DNA of 64,000 nt, taken from a virus. The translations under genes were made by a program, and so were the position numbers. Of this stretch, positions 47,848-58,637 are shown piece after piece. The first letter of the stretch is position 1, and every line of letters begins with the position of its first letter. The stretch spans positions 32,001 through 96,000 of the IMG/VR virus record IMGVR_UViG_3300045988_039227. One strand, given 5' to 3'. The notes beneath the pieces are model-generated. The model ran no database searches and was not told the DNA's origin. It saw only the letters and a list, made by a program, of their open reading frames with translations.

Positions 47848-49380
47848 TTAGAGCTCTGCTGCTCTGTTTTCAACTGCAATAGACTCCTGGTCTTCAGCAT
47901 CACAGTACAAGATACCACATGACAATGGGTTTCTCAACATGATACCCTCTTCACCGAGGAAGTGTACCTGGTAACCATCACGGCTGTTAGAACGCATAGT
48001 GTTAATGTTGTTTGCATAACCGTTTGGCAATACAGAACCACCAGTGCACCACTGTACGAACTCGCGACCCTTACGACATACCTTAACTATGTTAGCCTGA
48101 CCGTCACGACGACCGAGGTCAACAAACAAGAATGTGTAAGACATCAATGGTTTACCTGTCAATGGGTGAAGCTGACGGAACATCTCCATGTTATCAAACA
48201 TAGCGCAACGCTTAACTGTCAACTCAATACCATTAGTCATAGTGTAAGTTGTGAACTGACCACCCAACTTCAGATCCTGGCCAGAACCTGTAATGAAGTG
48301 TGTATCAATCATATTGAAGCTAGCTGCCTTCTCCTTCAAGATGCGGTCGAACTCACGAATACCCATCTCACCGGTCAAAGCAACGAACTTGCGCTCGTTA
48401 GTACCAATGATATTGTAGCAGAGGTCGAACAAGTAATCCTCGAACAACTCTGTAGTCAGCTTGGTGTAGTAACGTACGTTAGCTGGAGCAATCTGCTCGA
48501 ACAAACCTGCAGAGATTGGAACGAAACGACCATTGGTACCCTTCAGGTTATAAGTACCATCTGCATTACGGTTAGAGTGAGCGAACAGCAACTGCTTCTC
48601 CTCTCTCTTCTTCCACTCACGAAGAGCCTTCCAATACTGATAGTCAGACCACAAATAAGACTTCTTACCTGTCTCAGGATCAGTCAAAGCGATAGCCAAT
48701 ACTGTAGAGTAAGCATCACCTGTGATATCGTAAGTAAGACGCATAGTCATCAAGCTATTACGCATCTTAAATGGAGTCTGATAGTTGATGATATCTGCCT
48801 CATCGCTGTACTCCTCGTATGCAGAACCGATACGGTCTACCTGACGACCTGGGAGCAAGTACTCGCAAGGGATATAAGAACCCTGGAAGCCTTCTGCTAC
48901 ATAGCACTCATATACCCATGTGCTACCATCCTGGTATGGAGTACCGTTTACACGTACCTGGAAGTTTACATTGTCAAATGCAAGAATTGCACCTGGGCCA
49001 AACCACTTCTCTTCAAGACCAAGATAAATAGGAGTATTGTTAATACCTGGAGTCAAACCATCTGTAATTGACTTAGGAGTAATCTCCTTACCATTCCACT
49101 TGGCATAGCGGATATTAACAGCGTGATCAGCATCGATCATTACAGACCACTCATATTCTCTGTTTTCGATAGTCATGGTTGAACCAAGACCACCAGTTAA
49201 CAAGTCGATGGTAGTTGAAATACCATCATCCTTTGTACCAAAAACCAATGACAACAAGCCTGCTACTTCATGAGGCTTTGTAAGCATTGCATTAGCAATC
49301 ATGTTTTCGTCTACCAAGTCAGCAAAACGCTTACCACGGTAGAGCTGAAGATTATTTAATAAAGAACTTGAATTATTCAT
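47848..49380 (-). CDS. Major capsid protein (candidate), 510 aa
   Basis: Intact track ORF with zero TAG in 510 codons; TAA stop. It is directly preceded by a scaffold-like gene. It shows visibly GC-richer, biased codon usage, and a 369-aa stop-free antisense frame results from that bias. The position in the TerL-portal-scaffold-MCP order supports the call. No homology search was possible. Confidence 0.7.
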   Translation of the reverse strand: MNNSSSLLNNLQLYRGKRFADLVDENMIANAMLTKPHEVAGLLSLVFGTKDDGISTTIDLLTGGLGSTMTIENREYEWSVMIDADHAVNIRYAKWNGKEITPKSITDGLTPGINNTPIYLGLEEKWFGPGAILAFDNVNFQVRVNGTPYQDGSTWVYECYVAEGFQGSYIPCEYLLPGRQVDRIGSAYEEYSDEADIINYQTPFKMRNSLMTMRLTYDITGDAYSTVLAIALTDPETGKKSYLWSDYQYWKALREWKKREEKQLLFAHSNRNADGTYNLKGTNGRFVPISAGLFEQIAPANVRYYTKLTTELFEDYLFDLCYNIIGTNERKFVALTGEMGIREFDRILKEKAASFNMIDTHFITGSGQDLKLGGQFTTYTMTNGIELTVKRCAMFDNMEMFRQLHPLTGKPLMSYTFLFVDLGRRDGQANIVKVCRKGREFVQWCTGGSVLPNGYANNINTMRSNSRDGYQVHFLGEEGIMLRNPLSCGILYCDAEDQESIAVENRAAEL

Positions 49381-49398
49381 AATATGTTAATTGTCTCA

Positions 49399-50595
49399 TC
49401 ATAGGTATTTTGACGCGAGATCCCATGCCTGAGGTTGTTTTTCATGCCCAACATTGTATGATGTATGATTTTTTGTTTGGTGTTTGAGCATTTGTCTAAG
49501 TTTACTCGCAGCAGATGTCTGACCATTGCGCTGTGCTTCGCCCAGTAGAGCATCACCCTTCATTGTGAAGTAGGCTGATTCTATCAAATTGTTAACAAGG
49601 TTATTATTAAAAGCCTTCTGATACTCTGTTAAACCGTCTGCATCAGTTCTTGTAATATAATCGAACAATGCCTTTCTATCCTCTTTTGGGATATTTATAC
49701 CTCTAATATTAGTAAGACCATTTATACTATAAGTAAGGTCATCCATGAACTGTGCAGCTTGCTGCTCCTACTATTGTCTTTGAGCTTCCTGTTGCTGAGC
49801 CATATACTCTTGCTGTTGCTGTTCGTACGCCTTAAGATAATTTACAGCATCAGCTGCTTCATCTTCCAGCATGTCAGCATCTTCATAGCGCTCAATCTTG
49901 CGACTAATCTGTTCGTCATTCATGCCCTATAATTTGTAGAACTCACGAACAGCTGCTTTCTGATTAGATTCGTCCTCCAAATCTATGCTATCGTAAGACA
50001 TAGATTTCTGTTGTGTCTGATAGAAGTCTTCAAATTTACCACCATTCTTTACGTACTGATCAAGTTTAGCAATACGATCATCGGCGTACTGTGGGGTTGA
50101 ATTCTCATCTACGACATCTTTGATATACTCCACGAGGTCCTCGACTGACTTAGGCTTCTCGTCTGCATCAACACTCCAACCATTAGCTTCAGCGAATGCG
50201 TCAAAGAAAGCACCAATCTATTCTGCTTCTCCAGGATCTACGACGTCAGTGTCAGTCTGCTGATTATTATCATCATTGTCGTTATCCTATTCGTTGTCAA
50301 CTGTAGTTGTGTCGGACGTATTATTATTTAAAATATTATCTGGTATCTCTGTCTCATCATCATGAGCATTAGGGTCACCAGTTACATTCTTATTATCTTT
50401 ATTATCCTCAGAAGACTTATCGTCATCTGGATTGTCTAAATTTTCAACATCATCATTAGGGTCGTCTAACACCTGATTAACCACATCCTGGTTATCGATG
50501 TTTGTAACGCTGTCGCCACCTTCCTGGCCACTGAACCCGAGAGAGTTCAAAGCGTCTTCAAAATCACCTAATGGATTTTTCTTCTTTCTTGCCAT
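49399..50595 (-). CDS. Scaffolding-like protein, 398 aa (acidic low-complexity N-terminus, Gln/Glu coiled coil)
   Basis: ATG at 50595-50593, TGA stop at 49401-49399. Track ORFs 50287..50595, 49927..50133 and 49399..49746 are in one frame. 5 TAG, including a TAG-TAG pair at 49768..49773. It ends 18 nt upstream of the capsid gene. Confidence 0.55.
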
Positions 50596-50638
50596 AATTT
50601 AAATTATAACTAAGTTAATATTTTTAATTGTTGTACGC

Positions 50639-50661
50639 TACACTGGAGTCGAACCCGTGTA
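50639..50661 (-). other. Hairpin downstream of gene 50668..52560 (possible terminator or RNA-stability element)
   Basis: Minus-strand RNA UACACGGG-UUCGACU-CCAGUGUA gives an 8-bp stem with one G-A mismatch. No U-run follows it. Confidence 0.35.
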
Positions 50662-50667
50662 ATGTTA

Positions 50668-52560
50668 TCATTTATTCCACTTTGCTGCATTACGCGCAAA
50701 GTTGGCTTTCTTTCTCATAGCTGCACTATACTTACTTGGATTCCTTAAAACTTTATTAGCAAAACTTTGGACACTCATACCATGCTATTTAGCTGCTTTA
50801 GTAAATGTACCACGCTTAGATGGCTTAATATAGATATCCTTCCCAGAATTATGAAATTGTAAAAGCTGTGGATATATCTTATTTTCTAATGGTGTTGGAG
50901 TTCTACCAAGGCCAATGTTTATTTTATGATCCTAAATATGGAACGGAAGATCGTATTGTATATCAAATGGTTCTGCGCCAATATATTTACCAACCTCCAA
51001 ATTATTAAGATAATTATAAAGATTTGTATTTTTATAATTGAAATTCTGCAAATAATTTCCAAGTTTTATTCCAGATCTACCAAGCGTTCCTCTTAGCCCG
51101 CTATTATTTGTAGCTGTTCTAGTAGCGCCGCCTTTATCTACGATATCTGATAGCTTTATTTTCTAACTTATTGTCATCCAGTCTTGGTAATCCATTCTGT
51201 CAAATAAGCCCTAATTTCTATATCCGATAAAGTCTTTTGATTTTGATTTTAATCTCGTACCAAATTTATTTATAGACTTAGTTCTGTGCTCATTAAAGAA
51301 ATTAGATATCTTTTTATTTATTCTCTATCCAGGCATTAAATCCCAAGTATCGTTTACTTTTATAATGCCTTCTATTGGATTTTTATTTAACAATTTAGTT
51401 GAAACAGACACATTTCCACCAGCACTAGTAACAAAGTCTTTATCAACGAATGGCGTTCCGGCATTAACTACTTCTATATCCCTAGCACCACCACCGTAGC
51501 CTTTTCCTTTTAATTGTTTTAAAGCATCTATATTGGTTAATTTCGTTCCATCAGCTGCAGACTGCGTAAATTGATAGTCTCCAGATTGTGGTAATTTCAA
51601 ATACTTTCTATACGCATTAGCTCTTGCCTATAAAGCAACATCTCCATCTATATTATATGCTTTTTCAAATACATTTTTAAGAGCTCTACCAGCAAAATTA
51701 TCCTAAGCCCAAAATGCTTTATTAATATCTGGAGCACTACCTTTTAAAACATAATACGGCCACGCAAGAGTTGGAGTAACAAGTTTTCTTGCTGAATAAG
51801 AGGCAGGAGGAAGATAGCTATATAATACAGATCTTGTGAAAGCGTTATTAAATGGATTATGATTTTCTTTTGATAATTCCAACAACTCCTTAGTGCTCTA
51901 AATTTTATCAGAAAACTTTTCGCCAATTTTAGATCCTATCATTATGTCAAATAACTAATCAGCAGCTCTTCCTGTTTCTCCGTAACCACCATAAAGACCC
52001 TAATTGCTCTCTTCCCATGGCATTCCTGTTCCACGCAAAGTCCCAATCCATTTAGTAGGCGATAGAGCTGTCATAGCTTTACCAATCTTACCAATCTTAT
52101 CGTAATATCCGGATGTATCGTATCCGTTTTGCTCCGCAATCATTGCTGGATATTTTATTGCAGCTTCTACTGATTTATCAAAACCATGAACAACGCCGTT
52201 AGGATCCCAATATGAAGACGTGTTATGTCTACCAGCTGCAGCCCATGGATTAACTTTTGATTTGTCTCCAACAACCTCAACTTCAGGCAACTATAATCCG
52301 GCACTATAAAATGGCTCTCCCGTCTCTTTGTAGTAAAGCATTCCATCTTTAACTACCAACGGAGCTCCTGTTTCAGACTTTATTCCTTTACCATCTCCAA
52401 ATTTAGGCAACTTCAACTTCTTTCTAAGCTACTTCTCAGCTATCTACTACTCTGCTTCAGCCTATGCTTTTCTTCTGCGCTTAATCTTACGAAAGAGCTT
52501 ATGACGCTGATAGTCATTCTTCTTCTGCATCTTTCGCTTTGGACTTTCCATCTGTGTCAT
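50668..52560 (-). CDS. Hypothetical virion protein, 630 aa
   Basis: ATG at 52560-52558, TGA stop at 50670-50668. Track ORFs 52000..52290, 51703..51885 and 51325..51600 are in one frame. All gaps read: ~15 TAG, no other stops. Confidence 0.7.
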
Positions 52561-52561
52561 A

Positions 52562-53584
52562 TTATCTCAGTTTAAGATTATTGCCTCTTCTCCACCAGAA
52601 CTTCTACCCATAAGAGTCTTTGCCAAAGTTATTAGATGGAAGCAAACTTAATATATTTGGCAGATTTGTAGATGTAAGTTGTTCGTACATTTTCTACTTC
52701 TGATCGTTCAGCATCTTCTGCTGCTAAGCTTTTATCTCTTCCTAAGTAGGACCAAGTAGTGTTACAGGAACATTAGCCCTAATGGTGCTAGGCTACCTTG
52801 TAGATGGAGTGTTTATAATTATAGGACTAGCATTCTTAGCGTCCTAGTAATCCTATTCAAGATCGTTAAGCTGCACATTGTAGTTATAAGCGTCCTTATG
52901 TTTATTCCTATGATAATAAGCAGCCTTAACAAGACTATCCATACCCCTAAGATTTCTAGAGTAGTTCTCAAGAGAGTCTTCATAATAACCCTTCTGTTTA
53001 AGAGCTCTAGCATAATCCTGTGTAGATTTAGCTCTAAGAGCTGCTCCATATCTTGTATGCATAAGTCTTACATAATCCTTAACAAAGTCTGCATCAGTCT
53101 TGTAAGTATTGTAAGTCTTACCATTCCAGCCTACGCCTCCATAGTTATGCTATCTTCTAGCAACCCTAGATCTACCGTAGTTAGACTCGTATGCAAGCTG
53201 ACGCATTACATTGTAATATGCAGCATCACCGTAACCATACCTGTTTAGCTATTGTCCTACAAGAGGACCCATTCTGTTAACAAAAGTATTAATAGAATCA
53301 TTCTTTCCTCCTTTATATTTATGCAGTATAGGATGTTCTTCGCTTAATGGAGTATCAAAAGGTAATGGCTTAACAATGTCTTCAGCTATATTAACATCTT
53401 TACCTTCATTGTAAGCATTTAGTATAGACTGAACACTCTAGTCAATCTACTACTACTCTTCTGGACTAGGTTCATCAGCCTGGGTGTCTCCACCCAAGTT
53501 GATTCCTCTAATATCCTTCCAGTAATCAGCGCCATTCTTCCACGCCTCATACTTCTACTAAAATGTCTTATTGTCAAACTTCAT
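52562..53584 (-). CDS. Virion-associated peptidoglycan hydrolase-like protein (glucosaminidase/FlgJ-type signature), 340 aa
   Basis: ATG at 53584-53582 overlaps the portal TAA (TAATG); TAA stop at 52564-52562. ~15 TAG, including a TAG-TAG-TAG run at 53447..53455. QLAYESNYGRSRVARR-TAG-HNYGGVGW...DYVRLMHTRYGAALRAKSTQDYARALKQKGYYEDSLENY resembles the glucosaminidase family pattern (recollection). Confidence 0.5.
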
Positions 53585-56055
53585 TACTTCTCGCCAACCG
53601 TTTTGTTCTTAAGGGCCGTGCGAGCCTTAAGTTTCTCGCGTTCGTAAGCAGCATCATCCTTAGCCTTCTACAGCTCTGTTTCATGCTTCATCTTATCCTT
53701 CTCAAGCTAAATCTTCTGATCCTCTATCTCACGCTTCTACTTAGCTTCATAACGCTTATTATAAGCCTCTTGATTAATCTTCTGCTGTTCAAGAGCCTGC
53801 TTGCCGATCTCTATTGGGTCTGGGATTCCGTTTTGATCCTGATCTAACTATTCTGTTCCACGATAAGCATTAATTTGTGCTACAGCTATCTTAGTCTGAT
53901 TATCTTGATCAATCTGATATCTCTGAAGATCCATCTGAGCTTCCTGTAACATGAGCTCCTGCTGCTTAGCTTCATTCTGCATCTGCTGTAACTGCTGTTG
54001 CTGCTGAGCCTCTGCTTCCTGCTGCTGTTGCTGCATCTACTCCTATCTGGTCTGCATATCCTTAAGCTTCTGCTTAATGATATTAAAGTTATCGTTTGTA
54101 AGGATTTCTGCTGCTTCAAGTAAGCTAGCACCATTTTGCATAGCTGGCTGTATAAGCTGCTGAAGTTTCTGTATGTTCTCGAGATCCTTAGATGTATCAC
54201 TTACAAATACATCCATATCTTCGTAGTAGAACTTAGGAGTAATATCTAAGAATGCTCTTTCTCCATTATCAAAGATGTACTGGAGTTTTTGTTTACCAGT
54301 CTCTTCCCAGGCGCCCTTAGCTGTATTAAGAAGCATATTGAGAACTCTTCTCTTACACTGATTGTGAACCCAGAACAACGGCTCAGTAATATGCGAGCTC
54401 TGTACAACAGATCTCTCTACGTTACCCACCATCTCTGATGAGCTTACTGCTCCTTCACGCTGCTGTGTAATACCAGAGATTGTACCAGCAAGCTCCTCTA
54501 TTTTATCCATTAGCTGTATGTATTCAGCTATGACGTTAGACATTGTAAGATCCAATGCTGTAATCTAATTGAATTGTGCAGGCTTACCGCCTTCTCTTCC
54601 AGGAATATTCCAGCCCTCTTCATATGGGTTAATAAAGTTAACACCAACACTAGACAAGTAATGCATCCACTTAGCTGGACTAATATTCATAGATTTAGGA
54701 ATCTATGTAATATCCATATTAACAACCTTGCCTTTATCTCTAGCAATAGCTAACTCAAGTCTGTACCACAATACAATATACATATACTGTAATGGCTTAA
54801 GTATACTAACCAATGATCTAGGCTTGCTATTAGTGTTGCTGTAAATAGCTCCACAATAAGGGAGCTTCTGGCTATTAGGGTTATCGATACTTACGTGCTG
54901 ATACTCAATAGGCTATATACCAAAGTACAAGTCGCTACCAGCTCTATATCCTTCCCATACCTCTACAATCCAATCTGGTTCTACACTAATCTCATTACCA
55001 ACAGGCTGATATGTTTCATCAACTATGTTAATCTGAGGCTGTCCTGCATCGTCTGTAGTAGTTACGTAGAAGATCTTCTTAAAAGACTTCCAACAACAAT
55101 GCCATACGTTTACAAGAGATTTACCTGCTCCTTCAAATATAGGATTATCGTATATACGTAATTGTATACCCATATCAACAGGACTTCTGTCTCCGAGGTT
55201 TCTACCAGGAGTAGAGCCAATCATCTCCTCAAGCTTATCAAGATCTTTCTCTTCAAGCTTGTCGTAGTATCTATCGTATACTTCAGTAATAGGCATACGC
55301 ATCTTTCTGCAGCACCATGAGCCATCCTCAACAAACTCTAAATCTGGACTCTTGTCATAAGAGAAGTATATAGGATTAACTCTTTCGACATATGGCTCTG
55401 CGTTAAGCACGCCAACATAATAAATTTCTCTACCTGAGATCAATCCATCCTTCCAGCCTTTGATAAACTCGTTGTCAAGATCAAGTTTTTCTCTCAGATA
55501 GGTAAGCGTATGATACGCTGTGTTTTCTACAATATCTTTATAATCCTTATCCATGTACTTAGCTATCTACTCTGGTGGCATAACCTCTCCAGATTGTAGC
55601 TATTCCTGGAACTACTGAGCCTCTTCTGGGCTCATTCTAGCTGTGATAGCTGCTTCTATATATTGTAGAATCATCTATTTCTCTTTCTCCTGCATTTCAG
55701 ATGTAGCCTCCTATGAAGTTCTGATAACTCTGAAGTTAAGAGGCCTCTTTGTCTCCTCACCTATAAGCAAGTCTACTTTAGGTCTTATAATATTAAAGTC
55801 ATGAGGAGTAGCAGGAAAACCATCCTCGACCTTGAATGGGTTTGTAATTGATTTAAAATCCTTCTCGTCGAAGATGCTGTTATATAAGTTATAATAGGTC
55901 TACAGCTCTCCGTAATATGATGTACTATTTCCTCCAGATGTTACGTTACCTTCACCTATAATATAGTTAACGCAGTCTTCTTGCCACTTCTTTCCTTTCT
56001 TTGAAAGAGGGAGCTTTTGTCTGGGGAAAGCTGAATTGTATAAGTTATCTTCCAT
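53584..56055 (-). CDS. Portal protein (candidate), 823 aa, with a Gln/Glu-rich C-terminal coiled coil
   Basis: ATG at 56055-56053, 3 nt after the TerL stop; TAA stop at 53586-53584. Track ORFs 54913..55554, 54043..54555 and 53848..54036 are in one frame. All gaps read: ~16 TAG, no TAA/TGA. The size and the position next to TerL fit a portal. Confidence 0.7.
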
Positions 56056-56058
56056 GTA

Positions 56059-58122
56059 TTAAAATGTGAATATCGGCATACCGTCTTCACTTGTGCTGCT
56101 ATCTTCTTCAAACCATTGTTTGCTAAATAACGGCATCTCGAAGAGTTCAACCTATTTGTTTTGTTCTTTTGCAGACGAAACCTTCAGCTAATAAAGCTCT
56201 TCTCTATATATCATAACCATGCATAGAGCAATCAAGCGGTCAACGTTCTTTACTCCATCATTGGCCATAAGCTCTTCTATCAAGGCTTCGCTGTATACTC
56301 TTTCTACATTAGGGTGACCTGGTTCATACTCATCTAGCAGCCACTCTAATATTAATCCTTCGCCATATGCCCTAATCTGTTTGGTCATGTGGCATCCTTT
56401 TCTTCTTTGCACTTTGCTGTCTTTAAAGACTTCAGATATGATTTTATCTGGCTAATCAGCCAAGAGGTAATCGCAGTGTTTATTCGTAAAGTAAGGGTAG
56501 ATTCCTTTTCTTTCATTCTCAAATAATAATCTAGCGTTATAAAATGTAAGTAGCTTACGCACGTTCTCGTAGTACTCTTCTGCTGTATCTGGTCTTCCAG
56601 AATATTCTGCTACTATTACATCTGTCCATGCCTCACCAGCTCTTACACGTTTAAATATAAATGTAGAACCGAGAGAGTTTGTAAAGCTATCATCATGATC
56701 ATAAGGGTCACAGCCTCCTATGTATAAACCTAAAGGAGGATCCTTTACTGGGTACTCCCATATAACTACAGATCCATGAGGCTTATCTCCTTTCTTAAGA
56801 GGGTAGTTAGTTATATCCCCGCTAGGCTTTTCTGTAGCCTTTACTTGACCATTTCCATCCCATTCTAGATCAACTATATGCTTCATGCTCTAAAGTTTCT
56901 TGTTGGTCCTTATTCTGGTCAACTGGTCCATCAATAACTTTCTAGGGAATATATTCTTACCAAGCTCAAGTACAGCCTCTGCTGGTCTAATAGGACGCTC
57001 TGATATAAAACGGTCCATAGACTACTGGCTGGCACCTCCATCTTTAACTTTATTGCGTTGTTCAAGAAGATTCTCAATAGCTTTCTCTTTATAGCTATTA
57101 CCATCTTTGTCCATGTAAATCTAGTTGCCATCGTCATCGAATGACTCTAGATTAGAATAAGCTGGTACAAAGAATCCGCATTCTGTATTTTCTCTACCTT
57201 CATCCCACTTGTTTGGGAAGCTAAGTACATTATATGCCTTAGGTTTGTAAAATAATTCTTTCAAACCATCGAATGATGCACCTTCTGTACCACCTGTACC
57301 AAACGCAATCATTGTACCGAATGCTTTGCCATCGTCAGTTTCTACTGAAGGTTGTTCAATACGCCATGCGTCAAGAAGGCTAGGGAATTTACCTCCCTCC
57401 TCCCATAGTACAAGTTTACCACGGGTACCACGAATACGTTCAGGGTCATTCTTCAACGTAATGCCTACTATGCTAGAAAGGTATCCTCGTTCAGTCTATT
57501 TACCAAACTCATCGGTAACTTTGTAACCTGATACTCTTTCCATACGGGTTGACACAAGCCTCTGTTTAGCCCATGCTGTGTGCTGGTCAAGGAAGTCCAT
57601 TATCTACCATGCTTTAGTAAGCAAGCCATCACCGATAAGGAATTTCTGTTCTGAAGCTACAGCAAAGTTCTTAGAACCAGGAATAAGCATATAATTTCGT
57701 ACGAGCATCGAAGCTCCTTTAAATGAATATCCACGCTGTCTGCATTTAAGTACAGCCATATGCTTACCTTCTAGTTCTGCTTGCTCTATGGCGCAGAAAT
57801 AATAGTAATCATAGTCCCAGAAGCTAGGGAACTTAAGAATACGTTCTCTTCGCTTTCTAAGATTACCTTCCCTATCAGTGTACTCTGTTTCCTTAAGGGC
57901 CATGATAGGACTATAGTTGAGATAGAAATAATTAAAACCTGTTATACCTTCTCCATCTGGAGCTGTATAACCGTTAAGGCATCTATCTGTTTCTTGATCC
58001 CAATATTTGTTATAATCAGTAGTACCCATAGGAGCTAAAGTATAACATCCGTGTTCCTAAAAGAAGATAGCTGCCTATCTAAACTTATCGGTGTTATGGA
58101 GTTTTTGTTCGAAGTCTACCAT
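56059..58122 (-). CDS. terL: Terminase large subunit, 687 aa
   Basis: ATG at 58122-58120, TAA stop at 56061-56059. Track ORFs 57604..58029, 57121..57456, 56452..56886 and 56188..56412 are in one frame and each ends in TAG (10 TAG in total). Motifs: Walker A-like VLKCRQRGYSFKGA, Walker B-like GKLVLWEEGG, and a nuclease acidic cluster GGCDPYDHDDS. Confidence 0.85.
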
Positions 58123-58127
58123 AATAA

Positions 58128-58637
58128 TTATTCATACATGCCAATAGTGCCACCACCTTTGACTCTACCAGCTTCTGCTTGTTCTGCTTTTGCCTACTTC
58201 ATAGCCATGTCTAACGACTTAATAATACCACTAACATCTTTCAATATAGCTGAAAGCTTTTTAGCAGTATCTATATCAAGTTCTTCTTCAGCATAGCTAT
58301 CCATCGTGTTCATAATGCCCTCTGCTGCGCTCTTAGAAGATTTAAGCAAGCGAGTAGCAGGAGTCTCTTGCAACTCCTGAAACTTTTTTGCCAATTCTTT
58401 TACAGCATCATCAGGTTTGTAATTCTTATCATTAAGTACAGCTTCAGCTACTCTCCATGTGCGCTCTTTCTCTGGATACGCCTCATATGGGCTATTCCAT
58501 TTATAACGCCATATAACAAACTCTATCTTTCTTAATGCGTCTTGTTTATCTTTAGCATTGTTATAGAAGTCTTTAAATGGTGGTATAGCTAAATCCTCTG
58601 TGCTTAATTGTATTTTGTTCTATATGATGTCAAACAT
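58128..58637 (-). CDS. Hypothetical protein, 169 aa; small terminase subunit only by position
   Basis: ATG at 58637-58635 overlaps the upstream TAA (TAATG); TAA stop at 58130-58128, 5 nt before the terL ATG. 2 TAG, one of them at codon 6. Confidence 0.35.

Noticed and set aside
47962-49071. A 369-aa plus-strand ORF antisense to the capsid gene. Similar cases are 35643..36218, 13358..13981 and 60983..61528.
   Set aside because: These are shadow frames of biased or low-complexity minus-strand genes that lack the codons whose complements are stops. The translations are low-complexity. Every credible gene in the window is on the minus strand.
50639-50661. The minus-strand motif GGGTTCGACTCC looks like a tRNA T-arm, so I considered a tRNA here, possibly the amber suppressor.
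   Set aside because: I could not draw acceptor, D or anticodon stems in the flanking ~80 nt. The 5' flank is the C-terminus of gene 50668..52560, and the stem has a G-A mismatch. I kept it only as a hairpin. A covariance-model scan should still be run.
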